Shown here in pieces: positions 42,161 to 49,364 of a DNA stretch of 64,000 nt; within the stretch, counting starts at the first letter, position 1, and the number at the start of each line of letters is the position of its first letter. The stretch comes from a virus. A program made the translations under genes and the position numbers. The notes beneath the pieces were generated by a model. It was not told the origin of the DNA, searched no databases, and worked only from the letters and a program-made list of their open reading frames with translations. The stretch is from IMG/VR virus record IMGVR_UViG_3300042673_001035, positions 52,681 to 116,680 of that record. One strand, 5' to 3'.

Positions 42161-42956
42161 TTACTATATTCGCAACTCTACGATGTCCTTCTATGGAGCC
42201 ATGATCTTCTTTAAAATTGTATTGATAATTACCATTAAATGCCTTTGCTTTATTCCAAACTTGTATTTTTTGTTGTAATTGAAAATCGTATACCGATAGA
42301 TATTTTTTATTATTTTCTACAATTGGAATAATATTTTCCTTTAAACTAAATTCATTAGGTATTGAATCACGATTAAAATGCCAAGGTAATATTAAAAACT
42401 CAATTTCTTTATACTTTTCTTTCAAATAAAATATTTTCTTATAAAGTTCATTCATATATGTAGATAAATCAACTTCTTGTATCCATTGCAATGTTTTTGA
42501 TACAATAGTTATATCACTTTTTGGATTATTTATTAAATTAATCATTTCTTGAATAGTGTTTGGGTATTTATCACCATCTTTACCTCCATGCAAGTTCTCA
42601 TCATACCATCTAATATATCCTATTTCTAATATAACATATTTTGTTTTTTCTAAAATGTGTTTTATTTTTTCCTCATCTCTAACCATCATCCATATCGTTT
42701 CAACTGCATTACCACCTATTTTAATATCATTTTCCATATCATGGACATTGTATTGCACATACCCCAATTCATTACAAACCAATGTTGGCCATCTCTTTTC
42801 TCTCCAATATTTTTGATAAACATCTGGTCTTGGAATTGGTAAGTTTACTCCCTTTTGTAAATATTCTTCACTATTTAATATTGGGTCTAATTCCCATTCC
42901 AATCCCAATCCAAATGTATGTGATGCACCTGAAAATATAATTGTATTTCTTTCCAT
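42123..42956 (-). CDS. SGNH-like protein
   Basis: FSGASHTFG; C-terminal DHGSIEGH. Confidence 0.55.
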   Translation of the reverse strand: MERNTIIFSGASHTFGLGLEWELDPILNSEEYLQKGVNLPIPRPDVYQKYWREKRWPTLVCNELGYVQYNVHDMENDIKIGGNAVETIWMMVRDEEKIKHILEKTKYVILEIGYIRWYDENLHGGKDGDKYPNTIQEMINLINNPKSDITIVSKTLQWIQEVDLSTYMNELYKKIFYLKEKYKEIEFLILPWHFNRDSIPNEFSLKENIIPIVENNKKYLSVYDFQLQQKIQVWNKAKAFNGNYQYNFKEDHGSIEGHRRVANIVIEHIKKLQNEKE

Positions 42957-43717
42957 TAAATAAATTCCAATTGTCTTGTTATAAAATCATAGTCAAATGT
43001 AATTGGATTATTATCAATATCATATCTCAAATTACAACTACATCCGTTAAATGTATAAATATCACCCCACTCATCTTTATATGGAATAGTTCCCCAACCA
43101 TATGCTTCGTGAATATGTCCTGCAAAGTGTAAATGTGGTTTTACTTCTTGTAATCTATGATATAAATCTTCACAACCTACTTTTTGATTTGTATTAGATG
43201 CTCTATCACAATAACCGTGAATTGGTGTATGTGTAATTACGATATCGGTGTCCGTTGGTATTCGATTCCATATTTCATTTATATCATGTCCCCTATCTTT
43301 ATTGAAGGCCCAACCGTATCCAAAACTAGGACTGATAGGTGAACCCCATATTTTAATATTGTCAAATTCAATAGAACTATTCTCTAAATAAAATACATCA
43401 TCATCTAATTCGGATATTAAACCAACTAACCAATTCGGTTTACCATCAACGGGTGGTTCAAAATATTGTTTCCTATCAAAGTGGACTGACTTATCTCTAA
43501 ATAAAACATCACTATCGAATGGTAAATCGTGGTTACCTGCAATGAATATCTTAAATCTATAAGGTTGTTTACTAAACCATTTGATAAAATCTTCAACTTC
43601 GTGCTTTCTGCCAATTGAACTTATGTCTCCACTATGTATTAAAATATCCCCACCAGGTGTAATTACCTTATTGTGTTTATTATGTGTATCACTAATGTGC
43701 GTTATTCTCATCTTCAT
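42956..43717 (-). CDS. calcineurin-like metallophosphoesterase
   Basis: ISDTH, HSGD, AGNHD, ITHTP, GHIHE. Confidence 0.9.
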   Translation of the reverse strand: MKMRITHISDTHNKHNKVITPGGDILIHSGDISSIGRKHEVEDFIKWFSKQPYRFKIFIAGNHDLPFDSDVLFRDKSVHFDRKQYFEPPVDGKPNWLVGLISELDDDVFYLENSSIEFDNIKIWGSPISPSFGYGWAFNKDRGHDINEIWNRIPTDTDIVITHTPIHGYCDRASNTNQKVGCEDLYHRLQEVKPHLHFAGHIHEAYGWGTIPYKDEWGDIYTFNGCSCNLRYDIDNNPITFDYDFITRQLEFI

Positions 43718-44081
43718 AAAATCCTTCTTTATTTCCTATTAATTGGTATGCATCCCATAATGCATCTAATGCAATTTCAAATTTTTCTTTTAAGTCATTT
43801 TCATTATCGGTTAGTGGATGTTCTAATAGATGTGAATTTATATTATCCATTATTACATGTGTCCTATCCATTAATTCTAAATAATGTCCAGCATTAATCG
43901 AATTTTTTCTTTGTTTCTTTGATGACATCTGATATTGATTTATTTGGGTTGTCTTTCATTATTCTTAAGGCCTTAACAATGAATTGACTTAATTGATTTT
44001 TTTTATCAATCTTTTTAATTAATTCATTAAGAGTGTCCAAATCTTCATAGAATTTTCCCATATTGTTGTTTTATTAGATAT

Positions 44082-44113
44082 GTAAGATACGAAAAAAACC
44101 CCACATTACCAAA
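44082..44113 (-). promoter_or_regulatory. phage promoter copy
   Basis: TTTGGTAATG...TCGTATCTTAC. Confidence 0.7.
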
Positions 44114-44149
44114 ACTATTTTTAGTAACATTGGGGTTCAATATATTTTG

Positions 44150-44234
44150 CGGAAGCTCAGGGATTCGAACCCCAGATACCTTTCAGTATGACGGTTTTCA
44201 AGACCGTTCCATTCAACCACTCTGGCAAGCTTCC
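44150..44234 (-). tRNA. tRNA-Ser(TGA)
   Basis: Cloverleaf with long variable arm; ACGGT-CT TGA AA-ACCGT. Confidence 0.92.
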
Positions 44235-44241
44235 TATTCTA

Positions 44242-44514
44242 CTAATAGATATGTGTTTCTTCGTTTCTGAAAGTATCTGCATCTAAAAAAGTATTATCCG
44301 ATTGTCTCCTTCTAGCCTCTTCAGCTTTTTTATACCAACTAATCCAAGTCATACCAAAATCAATTGGTGCTAATAACCAAGCTAATGCAACAACCATAAT
44401 GGCATCCAAACCAGGATTTAATCCAATCATACCATCATTATATCTTTCTTGATATCGGGTGAATAATTGATAGAAACAATAGATAACACAAATAACATAA
44501 TAAGTCCAAAACAT
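44242..44514 (-). CDS. small membrane protein
   Basis: Two hydrophobic segments; promoter copy at 44535-44568 directly upstream. Confidence 0.6.
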   Translation of the reverse strand: MFWTYYVICVIYCFYQLFTRYQERYNDGMIGLNPGLDAIMVVALAWLLAPIDFGMTWISWYKKAEEARRRQSDNTFLDADTFRNEETHIY

Positions 44515-44575
44515 AATTTTCTTTTTTAATTTTAATAAATATACGATAATATTTTTATATTACCAAATTTTTTTG

Positions 44576-44649
44576 TGGGAAAGACAGGGCTCGAACCTGT
44601 GACCTCAAAATTATGAGTTTTTTGCTCTAACCAACTGAGCTACATTCCC
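44576..44649 (-). tRNA. tRNA-CAT (elongator Met or lysidine Ile2)
   Basis: Cloverleaf; CT CAT AA loop; G1-C72 paired. Confidence 0.88.
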
Positions 44650-44743
44650 TAAAGAAAATAAGCAGGTGTGGAGTCACCTACCTATTTTAGTGAATGAGAA
44701 ACATCTGTCTCTCTTTGTGGCTCTATCACTTTAGCCCATAAGG

Positions 44744-44851
44744 TGCCGGTGGAGGGATTGATTACCCACACGATGTCCATTTCGGATACATCACCTTTCT
44801 AGAATTACGGGACGTCTAATAACTGTACAATTATCATTCCGCCACACCGGC
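44744..44851 (-). ncRNA. tRNA-Leu-like RNA with D-loop hairpin insertion and degenerate anticodon/T loops
   Basis: Acceptor GCCGGTG/CACCGGC-A; TGGCGGAAT...AGACG D-arm flanks; long variable arm; T-loop TAATCAAT. Confidence 0.6.
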
Positions 44852-44857
44852 ATATTG

Positions 44858-44929
44858 TAGTCCGTCGTGGAATCGAACCACGAACATCTCATTAGAAGTG
44901 AGAAGTTATATCCATTTAACTAACAGACC
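44858..44929 (-). tRNA. tRNA-Arg(TCT)
   Basis: TCTCA-CT TCT AA-TGAGA. Confidence 0.9.
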
Positions 44930-45171
44930 ATTAGTTGTTCTAACTTGCAAGTTTACTCTTAACATTTCTTTCTCTACAACGACTGAACTTAATCACATTT
45001 GTAGTCCGAATGTTGCTTTGGGTAATTACTCCATGCATCTATGTAACTCTATATACCTTACCTTGTCAATAGGTGTGTTAAGTGTATAGAACAACTTTAA
45101 AACACAATCACCTCACATCTTCAGGTGTCCAAATTGCCGAGCTAATTGCATAACAATTTAATTGTGTTTTG

Positions 45172-45245
45172 CGGACGGGACGGGACTCGAACCCGCGACC
45201 TTCGGCGTGACAAGCCGACATTCTAACCAACTGAACTACCCATCC
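45172..45245 (-). tRNA. tRNA-Asp(GTC)
   Basis: TCGGC-TT GTC AC-GCCGA. Confidence 0.93.
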
Positions 45246-45251
45246 AATTTG

Positions 45252-45324
45252 AGCCCAAGATAAGAATCGAACTTACGACCTACTGATTACAAATCAGTTG
45301 CTCTACCAGCTGAGCTACTCGGGC
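45252..45324 (-). tRNA. tRNA-Thr(TGT)
   Basis: ACTGA-TT TGT AA-TCAGT. Confidence 0.93.
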
Positions 45325-45329
45325 TATTG

Positions 45330-45401
45330 TACTCAGTACGGGATTCGAACCCGTATTACATCCGTGAAAGGGATGTGACCTAACCCTTAGTCGAACTGAG
45401 C
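45330..45401 (-). tRNA. tRNA-Glu(TTC)
   Basis: CATCC-CT TTC AC-GGATG. Confidence 0.92.
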
Positions 45402-45533
45402 ATTAAAGGAAAGTAAAAGATGGGTGCGTGGACATTTACTTTTATGATTGGCTTTACTAACCGGTAGTAGTATATTAGATTTTCACTAACTCGATTTAGC
45501 GGACTACTTTTGTTCCCAATCAACCTTATAAAT

Positions 45534-45566
45534 TAAATATACGATAAATAATTTACTTTACCAAAT
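45534..45566 (-). promoter_or_regulatory. internal promoter within the tRNA array
   Basis: TTTGGTAAAG...TCGTATATTTA. Confidence 0.75.
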
Positions 45567-45570
45567 ATTG

Positions 45571-45645
45571 TACCCGTAATAGGACTCGAACCTATAATTG
45601 TATGGCTTCTAAGACCACTGCGTATGCCAATTCCGCCACACGGGT
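45571..45645 (-). tRNA. tRNA-Leu(TAG), short variable arm
   Basis: GTGGT-CT TAG AA-GCCAT; Leu-type D-arm GGCGGAATTGGCATACGC; 75 nt. Confidence 0.88.
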
Positions 45646-45647
45646 GT

Positions 45648-45722
45648 TGGGGTGTAAGGACGGTACCGACCCGTCTTATCCGGCTCCACAAACCGACGCA
45701 TCACCTTAATGCTTCAAACACC
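45648..45722 (-). tRNA. tRNA-His(GTG)
   Basis: TCGGT-TT GTG GA-GCCGG; G-1 and encoded CCA; atypical T-loop. Confidence 0.85.
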
Positions 45723-45727
45723 ATTTG

Positions 45728-45797
45728 AGGTCAATGTTGGAATCGAACCAACTCCATAAGATTTGCAGTCCCACCGGCCTCCACGACCAAACTGACC
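45728..45797 (-). tRNA. tRNA-Cys(GCA)
   Basis: TGGGA-CT GCA AA-TCTTA; U73. Confidence 0.85.
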
Positions 45798-45803
45798 ATA
45801 TAG

Positions 45804-45876
45804 TAGTCCTATTAGGAATCGAACCCAAACTAAAACATCCGTAGTGTTTCGTGCTATCCAATTACACCATAGAACT
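45804..45876 (-). tRNA. tRNA-Arg(ACG)
   Basis: AAACA-CT ACG GA-TGTTT. Confidence 0.88.
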
Positions 45877-45881
45877 AATTG

Positions 45882-45950
45882 CACGCAGTGAAGGAATTGA
45901 ACCCTCTCCTTTGGTTTTGGAGACCAATTGGCTGCCATAGCCTACCACGC
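45882..45950 (-). tRNA. tRNA-Trp(CCA)
   Basis: TTGGT-CT CCA AA-ACCAA. Confidence 0.87.
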
Positions 45951-45955
45951 ATTTG

Positions 45956-46029
45956 TTGGGAATGCAGGATTCGAACCTACGGCCTCTAGCTCCCAAAGCT
46001 AGCGCGATACCTGACTACGCTAATTCCCA
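45956..46029 (-). tRNA. tRNA-Pro(TGG)
   Basis: CTAGC-TT TGG GA-GCTAG. Confidence 0.92.
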
Positions 46030-46035
46030 TTTTTG

Positions 46036-46106
46036 TTATTCGGGCTGGATTCGAACCAGAACTAATTGCACCAAAAACAATTGTGCTACCGTTACACCAC
46101 CGAACA
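46036..46106 (-). tRNA. tRNA-Gln(TTG)
   Basis: ATTGT-TT TTG GT-GCAAT. Confidence 0.88.
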
Positions 46107-46111
46107 ATTTG

Positions 46112-46183
46112 AGCAGATGAGAGGAATCGAACCTCCGTCTCCTACTTGGAAGGAAGGAGTAATGGCCATTATACGACATCTGC
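46112..46183 (-). tRNA. tRNA-Gly(TCC)
   Basis: CCTTC-CT TCC AA-GTAGG; U73. Confidence 0.88.
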
Positions 46184-46188
46184 TTTTG

Positions 46189-46260
46189 CGCTTTCTGAGA
46201 ATTACGATATCCCGGCCCCATCATTAACAGTGATGTGCTCTACCTCTGAGCTAAGAAAGC
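46189..46260 (-). tRNA. tRNA-Asn(GTT), atypical T-arm
   Basis: CATCA-CT GTT AA-TGATG; T-loop ATCGTAA. Confidence 0.82.
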
Positions 46261-46264
46261 ATAT

Positions 46265-46300
46265 AAACAAAAAAACCCCTAACTTTTCAGTCAGAGGTTT
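46265..46300 (-). terminator. intrinsic terminator (candidate attenuator) directly upstream of tRNA-Asn
   Basis: AAACCTCTGACT-GAAA-AGTTAGGGGTTT followed by TTTTGTTT. Confidence 0.85.
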
Positions 46301-46328
46301 CTTAATATTATTCAAAAATTATTACATT

Positions 46329-46418
46329 TTATCCTACATCCGTATCCTCTAACTGCACGAAATTGCCATCCCAATTTTGATTAGGTTGGCTACAAAGTGT
46401 ATGTGTTAGAGTTCTCAT
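46329..46418 (-). CDS. putative leader peptide MRTLTHTLCSQPNQNWDGNFVQLEDTDVG
   Basis: 29-codon ORF ending ~28 nt before the terminator; contains CAGTTAGAGG, complementary to the terminator 5' arm. Confidence 0.7.
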   Translation of the reverse strand: MRTLTHTLCSQPNQNWDGNFVQLEDTDVG

Positions 46419-46528
46419 TGTTAATATATATCTAATTCTTTTATTTAATATTCAAAAAGTAATTTAATTTCAAAATACGCCATCCAAGTCATGCTCTGGT
46501 TAATACAAGCCTCATTAAATTACTATTG

Positions 46529-46599
46529 AGCGGGACTAAAGAATTGAACTTCAACTTCCCCCCTGGAAGAGGGGTGTGCTACCGTTACACTAATTCCGC
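46529..46599 (-). tRNA. tRNA-Gly(TCC), second copy
   Basis: CCCCT-CT TCC AG-GGGGG; acceptor GCGGAAT/GTCCCGC. Confidence 0.8.
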
Positions 46600-46607
46600 T
46601 TATAAAT

Positions 46608-47472
46608 AGATGAGAATACTCTATTTGGTGAACCAGCTTTAGAAAGATTATTTGTTTCCTTCCGTTTCCACTACCTTTTGAGTAGTACCAATTCAATGTG
46701 GATGATTTTAGACTATCAGTCTTTAAGTTGCCGATTACTCTCTACTTACTTATTTTCTTCAAGCCTCGCAGCCTGATTAATTCTTGCGGAATTAGAAACC
46801 TTTCGATAGAATCACAGACCTCTTGCGGAGGTATCGTGGCTAAGAACATCTCTTAACTATGTACACACCTTTCATCTGCAACTGGTAAACACTCATGCTT
46901 AATTTTTAAATTGTAGTTTTTACACCTTAGTAAAAATTGAGTTTTAGTTTATAGAATCATTCAGGTAGTGGTTTACCACTAGCTCCCCCATCTTTTGAAC
47001 GAGAGAATACTAAACTACCCGATGCAATATCCCTACTGCGGTTTTTTAAGTCATCTTCATTTATAGGTTTTGGTAAACTCTATAAAAGGATGGTAACAAC
47101 ACCACTTGTACACTATCTTATCTTGCGTCCTTTCGGATGGCTTGATGTTAAGATAACTTTGAAACTGAATACCGCAATGATGTAGAGGGATTAAGTCTAC
47201 ACTTCTTACTGATATTCTATGGGTTATTCTTATTGTTGTTCCCAACTCAGTCGGAGTATCTATACTACCCCAACTATTCAAACTCTTCCGATATAGTGTT
47301 ACCCTTTCGTACAAAGCTCAAATAATATCCCACTTGCCTACTCAAGCTAGTCTCTCCTTACGGGGAGAGTAGCCGCAGATGTATCACTTAATACACCCAC
47401 TTTATCCTACTTTCGTAGTTTATTTGACCACCATAGGCGGCGGTTGTTTACTATGTGAGACGAACTCACTAT
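46608..47472 (-). ncRNA. large structured ncRNA, probably GOLLD-type
   Basis: ~865 nt, GC-richer, no credible ORF; many GNRA hairpins on the minus strand; promoter at 47515-47548; adjacent to tRNAs. Confidence 0.7.
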
Positions 47473-47514
47473 GTAAAATATTTTAATCTTTAAAAGAACT
47501 TCTTTTTGGTTTTA

Positions 47515-47652
47515 ATAAATATACGAATAATTTTTTATTCTGCCAAATTTATTTAAAACTTTTTTTTGTAAATTTGATAACGAGTATCTTTCATCACCTA
47601 TTGTTTCTCATTTACTTATGTAATATACGAAACATTTTTTACACTACCAAAT
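47515..47652 (-). promoter_or_regulatory. two tandem promoter copies
   Basis: 47515-47548 and 47620-47652. Confidence 0.75.
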
Positions 47653-47744
47653 TTATTTTCAAAAAACTTTTTAAGATAATCGGTGTCCGGCTTTAACACA
47701 TAGTCGGTTTTATTACTATTGGCTTCAACCAATCATCTTATTTG

Positions 47745-47816
47745 TTGCAGGAGAAGGATTCGAACCTCCGACCTTGTGGTTATGAGCCACGTGAGCTACC
47801 TCTGCTCTATCCTGCG
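47745..47816 (-). tRNA. tRNA-fMet(CAT), initiator-like
   Basis: C1:A72 mismatch; CT CAT AA loop; own promoter at 47826-47858. Confidence 0.88.
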
Positions 47817-47867
47817 ATATTAAATGTAATATACGATAACTTTTTCAAATTACCAAATATATTTTTT

Positions 47868-48234
47868 TGGTGGAGATGAGGGGAATCGAACCCCTGTCTT
47901 ACAAAGAACTAATAATATCAGCATTTCACACGTTTAGGATAAAGTTTAATCTTATTAACTTTCCAAAATAATTGAGGTCGGATGGTTAGTCCAACTTTCC
48001 ACCAACTGATTTAAGGTTTCAGTAAACTCATCTCACATTCTATTTAAAGTCCCATGATGTGTACGGGATTGGTTAGGCTGCTACAGCGTAATCCATACCT
48101 ACAAATGCCATAAGGTCATTGTAAGTCATTGTTGACTTTTCGTCTTTTGTTGTTTTGCAAGTATTTAAAGACATTCATGCTTTGTCTACGTGTGATACTA
48201 CCATTTACATTGCAATCAAGTCCATGGCATCCCC
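47868..48234 (-). ncRNA. ssrA: tmRNA
   Basis: 5' GGGGATG; 3' T-arm plus CATCTCCACCA; tag ORF 48144-48073 DEKSTMTYNDLMAFVGMDYAVAA*. Confidence 0.92.
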
Positions 48235-48246
48235 AATTTGTTTACA

Positions 48247-48310
48247 CAATATACGATAAATATTTGATACTACCAAATAAATTTATAAATTGTTAATAAT
48301 CAATGAGTTA
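48247..48310 (-). promoter_or_regulatory. tmRNA promoter plus upstream 25-bp palindrome
   Basis: Promoter 48247-48278; palindrome 48286-48310. Confidence 0.75.
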
Positions 48311-48324
48311 TATATTATAAATAT

Positions 48325-48750
48325 TTATATTAATGTATTTTTATAAAGCTCAAAATCATCATCAAAATTTTCATAACATACTACTATTTCTTCATTTGGA
48401 TAAATATCTCTGGCTGCTATCATTTTATCTTTACCCAATTCAATAGAATTTGGATTATTACTATGATTTTGAAAAATCGAATGGTCACATGATGAATAAT
48501 AGTAATCTCCCTCTCTCCAAAAATATTTATCGATATGATTTTTTTGAAGTTCAGTTAGGGTTTCATATTTTTCTTTATGAACTTTTATATCAAATCCTTC
48601 AATAAATTGCCAAATTATGGTATTTTTTGGAATAAATTCTTCAGCAAATAAACCCAATCCTTTATTTAAAGACTCACCCAAATATGTTTTTATTAATAGC
48701 ATTTTATGTATTATTCCGTGTAATCCCAATTTGTATCGGATGGTCTCCAT
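48325..48750 (-). CDS. SET-domain protein
   Basis: GLGLFA..FIPK, FQNHSNNPN, AARDI...EEI...Y; start probably MLLIK. Confidence 0.85.
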   Translation of the reverse strand: METIRYKLGLHGIIHKMLLIKTYLGESLNKGLGLFAEEFIPKNTIIWQFIEGFDIKVHKEKYETLTELQKNHIDKYFWREGDYYYSSCDHSIFQNHSNNPNSIELGKDKMIAARDIYPNEEIVVCYENFDDDFELYKNTLI

Positions 48751-49364
48751 TTACCAAAATCTTCACATTTCCACACTTTTGTAGAATATCTAAAATATGG
48801 TATTTGAGTAATATCTACCGTTCTACTGGGTTGATAAAATCTTGTTCTATTATTTGGTTGTGCACAAAACTGACCATTTTCTAATTTAGATATGTTATAA
48901 CACTTGTGTTCGTTTGGGGTTTCACTCCACCCACAATCTATCTCATTTGGGTCAGAATGAGATGTATCAATTGTAAAAAGATAATCACCACCAATTACCG
49001 AATGGTCTTTCATTGTAGTATAGGTTTTAACACCCCTTAACACCCTTTTTTCGATGACTGATATGTTATATGATAGACAATCCCAAAGTTGTAAGAAGTC
49101 CAAAGGAAACACCGTATCTGTCGATTCTAATGGTCTCCAACGGAATGCATGGATAGGTAATTTGTCATATACTGCACCAAATGTGTCAATGTATGTTTCA
49201 AATAACAATGCACGATTTGGAATTGATTTAACACTTACCCAATGTCCTCTTTCCCATTCACCATCTCCCAAATAATTACCCTTCTCATCTTTTTGAAAAT
49301 CGTATAGAAATTTCTTATCAATTAAGACTTCAATTGGTGGTATGTTGGCAACCAAATAACTCAT
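48711..49364 (-). CDS. conserved large-phage protein
   Basis: YLVANIPP, YDKLPIHAF, LQLWDC, EHK, GQFCAQPNNR. Confidence 0.65.
   Translation of the reverse strand: MSYLVANIPPIEVLIDKKFLYDFQKDEKGNYLGDGEWERGHWVSVKSIPNRALLFETYIDTFGAVYDKLPIHAFRWRPLESTDTVFPLDFLQLWDCLSYNISVIEKRVLRGVKTYTTMKDHSVIGGDYLFTIDTSHSDPNEIDCGWSETPNEHKCYNISKLENGQFCAQPNNRTRFYQPSRTVDITQIPYFRYSTKVWKCEDFGKWRPSDTNWDYTE

Noticed and set aside
45714-46224. ORFs 45714-45938 and 46036-46224
   Set aside because: They overlap clear tRNA genes
47057-47314. 85-aa ORF inside the large structured region
   Set aside because: Atypical composition and embedded in hairpin-rich ncRNA
46608-47472. rRNA fragment or RNase P RNA
   Set aside because: No recognisable rRNA or RNase P signature sequences, and too long for RNase P
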